From Cenococcum geophilum (taxonomy: Eukaryota), in contig CP158635.1 of the NCBI GenBank assembly GCA_050273025.1, positions 30,566,001 to 30,630,000 on the forward strand: a DNA stretch of 64,000 nucleotides. Reading direction: 5' to 3'. Position 1 is the stretch's first letter, and every line of letters begins with the position of its first letter. Made by a program: the position numbers and the translations under genes. The notes beneath the pieces are model-generated. The model ran no database searches. It was not told the origin of the DNA and saw nothing but the letters and a program-made list of their open reading frames with translations. Shown piece after piece: positions 1 through 12,040 of the stretch.

Positions 1-882
1 GTAACAGACATACTTAAGCCTAGAATAAATAGAGATATTAGCTAGCTAGTATAGTCTAAAACCACCGAGACCTTACTATAGTAACTGTTAGTTACCTATT
101 CGCTAGGTACCCAAAGGGTAACCTACCTAATACCGTATTATATTATGCTCTTTTGAAACTTAACGTATATATATAAACTCCTTTCTATAGTAGACGGCAA
201 CCTTCTTCTTATTACCCCTATCTTATACCCTATTCTTAGTATACTAACCTTACTCTTATATTAAGCGTTACTAGCTAGCTTACTAAAAATTATAGGCGAT
301 ATAGATAGCTATAGTATAGTCTTAAATACAACCTAGACGTTTAGTATTAGCGCTTAAATAGGAGAGAACCCGGGTAATATAGTAGTTAAGGATATTAAAG
401 GAACGTCGCTACTTAGGCCTAAGCTATTAAAGTTAGCAATGGAAATCTATTAAGGATAGAAAAGCTCACCTTAATATAACTACCGCTCTTAGTACGTATA
501 TATTAATTATAAGAACTAAAGGTATTAGATCTAACGTAGTATGTCTTATTATAAGCCTCCAGAATCCTATTATTAGACTTCTAGTCTTTTAAAGATATAT
601 AAGCAAAATTATTTAGGTAGAACTAGCACTAGTTACGGGTTAGTAGAGGTTAGGGTTCTATATATAAAGGTAGGGCTAAAATACGCTATAGAATTTACTT
701 AGAAAAGCAGTTAGCTAGGAGAATAAAAAGGTATATTAAATTATTAATGGAAAAAAAGAAAATCTTAATAATATATTAAAGATACGTCCAAAATTAGACG
801 AAGGTTAATAATAGGAAAGTAAGGTATTAAGGAAAAGGAGCAGCTTAATAAGTAAAGGTATCCTTATACTTTACCGTCTAAT

Positions 883-1302
883 TGTTACGGACGCCTTAAG
901 TACAATGTTACGACTACTTGGAGAAGAGTTGGAAGAGGCTAGTTAGTTAATATAAGCACGGTCTAGGATAGAACCCATAGAACCATATAACGAGGAATAG
1001 TAGCCAAGGTTATATAACGTGCTATGTATTAAACGCGAGGAACGAGAGAAACTTACGTACCTTACGTATAACATATATATTACGTATAAGAAGGATTTTA
1101 TAGGAGTACGGTTATATATTTAAGGACCCTTAGTCCCTACCTAGATAGTTCCTTCCTTATAGTAATTCTTAGAATATAATTAGAGTTAATCTGTTAGGCA
1201 ACTACTCTACTAGTTATTATTACGTTGTTAACTTCCGGCAATACCTATATACCTAGCCTATTAACGAGTCTACCGTAGTTCTTGCTATAAGGCTCCGTTA
1301 TA
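883..1302 (+). repeat. 5' LTR of family A element
   Basis: Colinear with 8443-8862; the differences I see are C/T and G/A transitions (RIP). Confidence 0.95.
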
Positions 1303-4300
1303 TAATTACTACCATAGTTACGGTTTTAAAAAGTTAAACAACATACTACTAAAAGCAGCCACTATAACGCCGTTAACGGCAGTAACCACTTTAAGGTTAA
1401 GTGGAGATATAAGTATATAAGATACTAACTTATAACTAGTTACGGTTGGGCAGTTATAGGAAATCATTAATAGGTTAAACGAGAACAACTAAATATTTAA
1501 AGAAAGACTTAATGGAATTGGAGCAATAAAGGTTAAGTTACTATTAATTAAACAATTCTTAGGAGAAAGATTAAAGCTTAAAGGATTCCTAACGTAAATG
1601 TATTTTAAAGTCATATAAGAAGGGGCCAAGTTAGCTATAATAATAGATTAAATAGCCTACGTAGGATTATTCCTAACGGGACGGGCACTTAAATGGTTTA
1701 AACCCTACTTAACGGAAATATAGACTAACGGAATAACTACTACTAATTAAGAGGTATGATTTATATTTTTTAGCTAGGTAGGATTCGCGGAATAATTAAT
1801 ATAGATATTTAGGGACCTAAAAGTAATAACTATAGTAAAGAAAAAGCTTTAGGACCTAATACAGCGAACTTTAGTAATTAAGTACACGACATAGTTTTAA
1901 ACACTTGCTATATAGGTTAAATAGAACAATAAGGCGCTTATGGCATAGTATAAATAGGGACTTAAGGCTAAAGTCTAGGACGCGATTATTCTAATAAAAG
2001 ATGCGGATACCCTAAGGGAATTAATTGATTAAGTAATTAAGATTAATAATAGAATCTTCTAAAGGGAATAGGCTAAGAGAGGCTAGAATAGAGTTCTATA
2101 GTTATATAAGATATAGAGTACGCAATAACTAAAGCTAAATTAGAAACTATGGTATAGCGTAGACCTAATAGACCTAAGTGGTACTAGAAAAACCTATAAA
2201 AGATAGGGAAAGTAACTATAGAAACCTAGAAGTTAAGAATTAAGTAATTATAGGACTAAGAAGTATAGGCTAAACTAAGGATCTTAACAGCGAAAGACGT
2301 TTAAGCGGACTCTATAGCAAAAGTAATGGTTTAAAGACGGAGCTTGTATAAATTATAAAAAATAGGGTTATTTCGCTAGAGACTATAGAAGTGGTTAGAG
2401 TTATTACGCAGTAAAGGGAACTAGACTAATAGTATATAACACATATATATAGAGGGATAATAGTGTACTATAAGGAACAAAAGAATATTTAATTAGAAGT
2501 TTTGCGTTTTGTTATAACAATATATACCGAATTTATAAAGACGCTAAGTATAGTGCAAGCTATTAGCTATAAGAGCTAGAGTTAAGGGGATTTAAAGGAA
2601 CTAAAGAGTTAGATAAAGAATAAGATCGACTCTATAAGCTAGATTAAAATATTATAGTAATATACGGATAACAATTAGCAACAATAATAATAAAGTTAGA
2701 GTACTTATTAATTAACAGCGATAAGGATAGTAAAGGAACTAACTGGGGGTATCTAAACCTTAATAATGTAATAGAAGTAGAGACTGAGACCGCTATAGAG
2801 CAAGGTTTAGTAACGGGCATTATAACACCGTTAGATACGGTATCTATTGCTTTATAAGACGGAAGGAGTAATATTTAGAGACGATTAAGCAAGCAGACGA
2901 CTGCTAGTGCTAGCTTACCACTCGATAAAGGTAAAAGGCCAAAGGCTTAAGATTCTTAAGACGAGATAAGAGACGACTAAGATTCTTAAGATAAGATAAG
3001 GCATGCTTAAGGACCTATAACGGACGCAAACTAATAGAGTAGGGTAGTAGCTTAGTTTAAGAATATATAAATAAGCTCGGGATAAGTGTTCCTAATAGTA
3101 TAAGATTTTTAAAATAAGATAAGTAAGATCTAGGACTCTTAAGATAAGATAAGGACACTAGTAAAGCCTAGTTGGACTAAGGCTGGAGCGTAGCTTAAGA
3201 AAGAAGTAAGCTTAGGATTAAAGAATCTAAGGGGTTAAGAATTTGGAGTACGAATAAAGACACCTATAAGTAAGAAGTAAGCGGCTTCGCTATAGATTAG
3301 GGAATTTATAGTATAAATAGTAGTTAGATTAGGAGATAAATATATAGACCTAGAGGACTTATTAGTTAAATAAGATATTTAGACTAAAGATTAAGAGTTT
3401 AATACCAAGATTAAGAAGTAAGAAGACTTTAAGGATCTACTTATAAGACGCAAAAAGAAAGAAACTATAGAGGAGTTTAGAGCAAGAATTATCGCATAGT
3501 AAGAAAAGAAACTAGACATAAGATCTAGTATACTAGGTCGTATAAAGGATAGAGCATCCGTATAAAGAATTACCAATAGGCTAAGAATAGGCATATTAAG
3601 AGCTAAGTGGCTTACTAAATTAGAAAATAAAGAGGATCTAGGGATTCCTACTAGGTTTAAAGAACAATATATAAAAGGCTGTTATAACGCAGTAATAAGA
3701 AGATACTTCCTTACGGATAGACCGTATATACTCTAGCAGCTATACTAAAAGTGGTATAGGCAACGACATAATGATGAGTGGGAAGATTTCTATATGTAGT
3801 TAGACGAAAAAGTTATCTAAGACTACCTAATTACGGAAAAAGTAATAAATTATATTAAGGGAGCCTTAATTATAATATTAAAGGATCTAAAGGAATAATT
3901 AGAGGACTAGAGAAGTAAGAGGCGTGTCTTAGTACCTGCAAATAAAGTTATAATGTTTAGATTAGTGTAATAGAGGTTTAAACTTAAGAATAAAGATAAG
4001 TTAAGAGTTAACCTAAAGCACCTAGCACACTATACGCTATTATAGATTGCATGCGTAGATAATATATATAAGATATATAAGAATCTAAAGGAAAAGAACT
4101 GGAAATACTCTATAAGGATGTACTAGATAATAGATAAATAATAGTATAGGAATGCTAAGTATATACACAGCTGGCATCCGGCAGAAGTCTAAGAGAAAGA
4201 AAGTTTAATACTTTAGCCAGGAAGATTCCTTATAGAAGAATGCTTAGATGGATAATAATAGTGGAAATATCTAGAGGATACCTATCTATAGTATATTAAA

Positions 4301-7300
4301 GACAAAAAGCGAACTAGGCATTAGCTAAAGAATAAGCTAAGTGTAATAGGATTAAGTAGCTAATAATTAGGAAAAGTAGAGGCCTATAGGACTAGAGGGA
4401 GCTAGTAGTAAAGCCTTAAACCCTTAAAGGAATTTAAGGACGACACCTAAACCTAAGAGTTAATTGGCAAGATTAACAGTTTAAAGCGTTAGTAGATAGT
4501 GGAGTAATATAAAACTATATCTTACTAGCAGCAGTTAAAAGGATAGGGCTACTATATAGGTAAAAAGAGCACCCTTATCTATTAGTAATAATTTTAGGAG
4601 ATTTAATAGCCTATAGAGGAGGCATTATTAATTTTAAAATAGGACTAGTTTAGATAAATATTAAATGGAGATAAATTAAGATATCTTTTAATATATTACT
4701 ATTAGGGAATAATAAGGTAGTATTAGGAATGCCTTAGTTATAGGCATATAATCTAAAGATTAATTAGGTTATAGGTTAGGTCGATATTAGAAATATATAA
4801 TAATATAAGATGCGATAATAAACTAAGTTGGTATAGTACTAAGTTAAAGCAATATATAAGGAAACTAATTAAGGATTAAGTTATATACTAAAAAGATACT
4901 ACAAATATAGTAAAAAGTTATGGTCATTAGAAAGTGAAAAGCTATTAGATTATATAGCATGGGACTATAAAATAGAGTTAGAACTAAGAATGAGTTTAAG
5001 GTTCTACCTAACTTATAAGTTAATAGAAAAAGAGTTACAGGCACTTAAGAAGTTTGTCCAGGAAAATCTTTAAAAAGGATATATTAGACTATCGCAGTTA
5101 TTAGCAGGATATCCAGTATTGTTTGTACTAAAGAAGAATGGAAAACTTAGGCTATATATTGACTATAGATAGTTAAACAGCATTACTAGGAAGGATAGAT
5201 ATTCTTTACCCTTAATTAGCGAAATCCAAAATAGGATTGGTAATGCGTAAATCTTTATAAAGATAGATTTAAGATAGGCGTACCATTAGATTAGAATTAA
5301 GGAAGGCAATAAATAGAAGGCAGCCTTTAGGTTAAAGGAAGGACTATATAAACCACTAGTTATGCAATTCGGGCTTATAAATGTATTAGCAACGTTTTAA
5401 AAGCGTATTAATAATGTGTTAAGAGAATACTTAGATAAATTTGTTATAGTATATCTTAATAATATTATTATCTACTTAATAAGCGAGGAAGAATATAAAA
5501 TATATATTAAATAGGTCTTAAAGAGACTATAAGAAGAACAGATGCTAGTAGTAATTAAAAAATGCGAGTTCTTTACTAAGAAGATAGATTTTGTTAGATT
5601 TATTATTAAACTAGGCTAACTTAGTATAGATCTAAAGAAGATTAAGGCTATAGTGAATTGGTAAGAACTAGAAAATGTAATATAGTTAAGGTTATTTTTA
5701 GGGTTCTGTAACTACTATAATAGGTTTATAGCTTAATAGTTAAAGGATATTAAGCTACTTACGAGATTAATAAAGAAGGAAGAACTATAGGTATAGGGAG
5801 AGGAATAAAAGGAACTATTTAGGAGAATTAAATAGTTGTTTACCTAGGAGCTAGTTCTTAAAATCTATTAACTATAGTTAGAGACAGTAGTCGAAACAGA
5901 TGTATTAGACTATATATTAGGAGCGTGCTTTCTATAGAAATATAAAGATAGATAGCACCTAGTGGCATACTATAGTTAAAAGATAATACTACTAGAACTA
6001 AACTATAACATCTATAATAAGGAGTTGTTAGGTATAGTTACAGCACTAAAGGAATAGAGATTATTCTTATAAGGCATAAAAAAACTATTTATAGTTAAGA
6101 TAGATTATAAGAACCTAATAGGGTTCCTAATAATGAAAGAACTTAATCGCAGATAGGTTAGATAGGTGGAGATGCTTACAGAATACTATTTTAAGATTTA
6201 GTATACTAAGGGTATAGAGAATACACGAGTAGACGCTCTAAGCAGAAAGGCTAAACTATAAAATAATGGAAAGCCATTAGGGGCTTTATTGCGAAGGGAT
6301 ATAGATAGATTAATTAGGTATAATTATCTAAAGATTACAGCAACATAAGAAGAAAAGATCCATAAATTATTAAAGAGTAATTAGATATAAAAGATCCTAG
6401 ATATATAAACAGAGGATCTAGACTTAGAGTAGTACAAAAATTAAGAAGCGATATACGTACTAAGATCTATTACAAAGGAGTTTATTAAGTCATTTTATAA
6501 AGGACTAACTTAAGGACATAACGGAGCTATAGGCTTAGTGTTAAGACTTTAAGAGGAGTATATTATTAATAGAATCTGGGGACTAGCTAGGTAAGTTATA
6601 AAAGAATATTTAGATTGCTAAAGGAATAAACTAATAAGGTATAAGCTATATAGAGAGACTATAGGAGGTCATATTATAGGACTTTATTATTAAGTTACTA
6701 AAATTAAAAGACCCTATTACTAGATAAGATTATAACGTAATTTTAGTAATAATAGATAAGCTTACAAAATGGGGATACTTTATAGTATATTTAGAAGAAA
6801 TATTAGCAGAAGATGTCGCTAGAATCTATATTAAAGAAGTATTCGCAAGATATAGAGTACTAAGTAAGATTATATTGGACAGAGATCTAAGATTTATAGC
6901 AGCATTCTAGGAAGTATTCTTAGTAGAGTAAGGAGTTTAAGCAGTAACTTTTACTGCATATTATCTACAGACAGACGGTTAAATAGAAAGATTAAATTAA
7001 ACACTAGAATAGTATCTAAGGCATTATATTAATTATACACAGAATAATTAGGTATCGCTATTACTAGTTATATAGTTTGCATATAATGCAACACCATAAG
7101 AAGGAATAGGTATATTACTATTTAAGGCGAATTACGGATATAAGCTAAGGACCTTATTATTGCTATGTTAAGTAAAGAAGATAAGTAGTATAGCTAAGTA
7201 AAGAATAAAGAGTTTAATAAATCTTTATATAGACCTTATAGAAATAGCTAAGGTGGTATAATAAAGGATAAAAAAGTACTACGATACTAAGAGATCTAAG

Positions 7301-7727
7301 GGACTAGATCTTAAGGAGGGAGATAAAGTATAGCTACTATATAAAAATTTTAAGAGTTAATAACTAAGTAAGAAGTTGGATTATGTTAGACTAGGACCTT
7401 TTAAAATTATATAGAGAATTTTACCGGTTATATTTAAGTTAAACCTACTAGCTAGGATAAAGATCTACCCTATATAGTATATCGCAATGCTAAAGCTAGT
7501 ATATAGGAATATTAAGCCACCGGTCTATAAAGCAGACACGTATAGAGGATAAGAGGAAGATAAATAGTAAGTTTTAAAGATCGTTAATTATAAGGATATA
7601 GACGATGAAATATAGTATAAAGTAAAGTAGATAGGCTATGACGAGACTACCTAGGAGCTACTAGAGAACCTAAAGAACGCTATAGAAAAGGTATAGGAGT
7701 ATCGGAAGAGAAAAGGTTAGGTAATAT

Positions 7728-8334
7728 TAATAAAGAGGAATCGCTAAAAAACGAGTTACCTAAGGGGGACTTAGGAAGAGCAACTGCTGAACTACTTAGA
7801 GTTGTTTCCTTCTCTATTAGAAGAGAATCTGTTCTTTTATTACTAAGTTCCTATAAACCTTGTTTTATAAGTTTCTACTCCTTAGAATAAACCTTCTTAT
7901 AAACTTTCTTAAGACGAAGTAAATGGGCAGAGGCAGCGATATAAGCATTTAGGGCCTTTTATTCCGCATCCTAAGAATACTTAAGCTTTACAAGGGCCTA
8001 CGCTAGGTTACTATTAAGCTTTGCAGCGGTAAATTGAATATAAGACCCTACGATAAATTACTTAGGGAACTTAGAGACTATTAAGAGTTATAGGACGCGT
8101 ATACTTAGCGTTAGAGGTAGAACAAATATTGTAAGACGATTAAACGTTTACTTTAGTGCACTTTAAATAAGAAGAGGGTTGTTAAGATGAAGGATTCGCC
8201 AATACAATATAAACTAACCCCTCTTTTAAACAACGAGAATATGGAGATAGCATTATTTTACTAAGCGATAATATTACAGCAATAGTATGGGCACGACGTT
8301 GAGCGTATAAAGAAGAAGAAGGTGCTTTAGGTAT
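7728..8334 (-). pseudogene. Antisense, one-intron ORF in the 3' region of element A: Zn2Cys6-like motif plus coiled coil (RIP-damaged)
   Basis: Reconstructed frame MPKAPSSS...SPCSRC-x6-C-x13-CxxC-x8-C; all six positions are TGY or TAY codons. Putative intron 8102-8048. Homologous copy at 53213-53817 (+). Confidence 0.6.
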
Positions 8335-8442
8335 TATAAGTAACAATATTAACTAAATTAATTAGACGGACATTATACCTTTAGTAAACGACTTAAAGAT
8401 GCTAGATATCTTTAAGGACGAAGATAGAGAGGAGGGAGATGG

Positions 8443-8862
8443 TGTTACGGACGCCTTAAGTACAATATTATAACTACTTAGAGAAGAGTCGGAAGAGGCT
8501 AGTTGGTTAATATAAGTATAGTCTAAGATAGAACCCGTAGAACTATATAACGAGGAATAGTAGCTAAGGTTATATAACGTGCTATATATTAAACGCAAGG
8601 AACGAGAGGAACTTACGTACCTTATATATAACACGTATATTACGTATAAAAAGGATTTTATAGGAGTACGGTTGTGTATTTAAGGACCCTTAGTCCCTAC
8701 CTAGATAGTTCCTTCCTTGTAGTAATTCTCAGAATATAATTGGAGTTAATCTGTTAGGCAACCACTCCACTAGTTATTATTACATTGTTGACTTCCGGTA
8801 ATACCTATATACCTAGCCCATTAACGAGTCCACCGTAGTTCTTGCTATAAGGCTCCGTTACA
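8443..8862 (+). repeat. 3' LTR of family A element
   Basis: TG...CA ends, preceded by PPT, followed by TSD CTAAT. Confidence 0.95.
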
Positions 8863-11800
8863 CTAATACCTTTCTAGTAAATAGCCGCAACCTTACTGTT
8901 ATGGTGCTGCAATAAAGTAGACTAAATAACTACGTTATAGTATAAAGAGGGGAAGAAGGTAGAAAGGGGTATTGTATATAAATAGTAGGGCCAGCCACTA
9001 AGGCGCTAGTAGTGGGCTAGCTAATAGTAAAAAATAGTGCGAGATAGTATAGAATAGTATACGATAGGTTAGTGCCGTAATAGTACTTCCCTCCTCTAAA
9101 AGGTTTGGTCCCTAAACTAAATAAGTAACTTTAAACCAAATAAGTAACTCTAAAAGTAGGTAGTATGTAGGGACTACCTATTTTTCATCGCGAAGATATT
9201 AGCTTCACTTACCGCCCTTAACTAAGCTAATAGCGATTTTCTATCCCCGGGATGGAAAATCCTAATTAGTTAGTTTAGTGAATAAGGTTGGTAGAACTCT
9301 ATACCGCCACCCAATTCGATCTGCGTGGCGCTCTTAGCAGGAATCTAGCTAATTAGACAACTTTGACCGGCGGTTAAAGTTCTATAATATCTTAACTATC
9401 GCAAATTAACCTTAACCGCCATAAATTAACATGGTCGGCTATAACATTAGCGTAGCTTTTCCTTATCTTATGCCTAGTCTAGGGGTCTAGGCTTCTCTAG
9501 GTGTTGTTTATAGAACTTAAGTAGTACGCGCTCGTACCCTTTTAGGGATTTCTTAGGTTCTTAGGTTTCTTTATTATAATACTTCCACTTAATATAGTAT
9601 GTTAAGCCGTACTTGTCTATTTGTTTATTATATATATTAAGGATCTTTTTAAATTCCCACTTGTCTGTAATATTGCCGTTATTATCCCTTTTAGCTATCC
9701 TACCTATAATATTATAACGTTCCTCCTTATTAATGCGTACTTAGCTAGGGATCTCTTTAGGGAGCTAAAGGCGGACTTTTAAAGTATAGAAAGACTTATT
9801 AATACAAATATAGTCTGGAAGGTCTACTATAACTACCCCTTTATAGGTGGCTAAGACGGGCTAGGGTCTATCCTAGTTATTATCCCACTTCCTCTTAGGC
9901 TAGTTAGTCTTTATATTTTTAAGGCTAACTATAACTATATTATATTTTTAAAATATTATACCTTTATCCCGTTTTATATTGGCGTTATCTTTATAGCGTT
10001 GCTAGGAGATACAAGCTAGGGCCTTAAGTTAAGTTAGAATACGCTTAAAGCGGTTTATAATAGTATTAGCTTATAGGTACTCCTTCTTTATATATACGGA
10101 TAGGGCTAATAGCTAGGGGCCCGCTGGTTTAACGCCCAGACGTGGGTTATAGCTGTAGTTAGTAAAGAATAGTAAGATTTCTGTAGTCTTATTAACCTAG
10201 TTATTTATAGTAAACTTAGTAAGGGGGAGCTAATCTACCTAGTTATCTTAGGTAAAGCTTATAAAGGCGCGTAGGTACTTATTTATTGCTATATTTATAA
10301 TCTTGGTTTAGCTATCTATTTTAGGGTGCTATACGGAACTAGGGCTTAGGCTTACTTTTAGGCGGTAGTTTAAATAACGCTAGAAGTTAGAAACGAATAA
10401 AGAGCCTCTATTAGAAATAATAGTACTTAGAGCGCTGTATAACTTATAGATAGTATAAATAAATACTTTAACGAGCTTTTTAGTATCTAGGCTAGTGACA
10501 GGAATAAAGTGTCTTATCTTTATTAGATAGTTAATAACAATAAAGATATATCTATATATTTTACCGTTGCGAAGGTACTTAGGTAGGTTAATAATATAGT
10601 TAATAGAGATATTAATTTACGGGCGAACTAGTAGTTTTAGTAATTTTAGGAAACTAGGCGGTACTAAGCGTGGGGTCTTTATATAGAAGTAAAAAGCGCA
10701 GTCCTTTATAAAGGTAGCCGTAAACTATAAAATACCTAGCTACTAATAGGTTTAATTAAGGAGGTCTAGCGTTTTAATATAGCTTAGGTGGCCTATAGGA
10801 CCTAAACTATACGTGCGGTATATAACTTCTAGTTAAATTTTAGGTAAATTAGGGACAAATACTCGGTTTCTATAGTAGATTATACCGTTAATAATTAAAT
10901 ATTTGGATTTATTATAGCGGAGCAACTTCCTAATCTATTTAGGCTAGCAGCGTGCTTTACGGCCTTTCTATTTACGTAGCGTAGCTAATATATCCCTAGC
11001 AAGTTTATTTTTCTTATAGGCATTCTTAATAAGCTCCTTAAGGGTTTTTTTCTTAGGCTTTAGGTCTATTACTATAATAAAGTCTTTAATATTCTAGTTT
11101 TAGGATTCGCTTAGCAGCTCTTTTAGGATAATAGGGTTGACTTTTTTTGGTAATAAGATAACACGGTCTTGGTATTATAGACGTTTATTACTAGTATTAG
11201 TAGGTACTACGCCTAGGAGGCGGCTGAGAGCATCTAGGATTATGGCTTTAGTACTAGGCCTATAGGTAATAATAAAGTTAAATTAGGAGAGGAACATAGC
11301 CTAGCGGACTTAGTATTAGCTTAGTTGTTTTATTATTATAAAGGTCTAAAGGTTCTTATAGTCTGTAATAATTTTAAACAGCTGCTTAGTTCCTTATAGT
11401 TTAGGGCGCCATTTTTTTAGTATTTTAATAATTACTAGGAGCTCCTTATTATATATTTTATAGTTATATTTAGGGGCTAAGTGCCTAGTAGAGAAGAATA
11501 TAACTAGTTTAAGTTTGCTATCTTCGCTAGCTTAGTAAAGTACTCCTTTTAAAGCCTAGTTCGAGGCGCCTATCTCTATTACGGTTTTCTTTATATAATT
11601 ATAGTACGCTAAGACCGGTACTATGGTAAACGCTATTTTTAGGGCCTAGAATGCCTATGCTTAATTAGGGCCCTATAACTAGCTAGTACTCTTCTTTAGT
11701 AGCCTAGTTATCGGCTTAACTACCTTAGAATAGCCTTAGATAAATTATTAGGAGAAGTTCGCGAAGCTAAGAAATTGCTATAGTTCCTTAACTAAGGTCG

Positions 11801-12040
11801 GGTCCTTCTATTCCTATAAGGCCTATACCTTTTTAGGGTTTATAGTTATGCCGTTAGTTAAAATAATTAAGTTAAGGTACTTTATTTTAGTAGTATAAAA
11901 CTTAAACTTATTAATATTAATCTAAAGTCTAGCATTGCTAAGTCTCTGGATAACTTTATTTATATATTTTATATACTTGGCGCGTATTTTTAAGAAAATA
12001 AGGATATTATTAAGGTACGTAGTGTAGTAGTTATTAAGGG

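Larger units (their letters stand above)
883..8862 (+). mobile_element. Full-length Ty3/Gypsy chromovirus LTR retrotransposon (family A), RIP-inactivated
   Basis: 420-bp LTRs at 883-1302 and 8443-8862 (TGTTACGG...CCGTTACA; 5' copy ends TA by RIP). 5-bp TSD CTAAT at 878-882 and 8863-8867. PPT (GAAGATAGAGAGGAGGGAGATGG) directly before the 3' LTR. De-RIPed motifs in Gypsy order: gag CCHC ~2345-2390, protease LVDSG ~4490, [21 protein letters not shown] ~5110 and YLDD ~5452, RNase H VETDASDY ~5890, integrase ~6500-7450, chromodomain ~7555-7680. Confidence 0.96.

Noticed and set aside
1..300. Possible LTR at the window start (GTAAC...)
   Set aside because: No partner LTR, TSD or clear end can be shown within the window.
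9240..9460. Possible 5S rRNA, tRNA or hammerhead ribozyme
   Set aside because: No recognisable 5S or tRNA boxes and no CUGANGA/GAAA core in a valid arrangement; kept only as an unassigned structured region.
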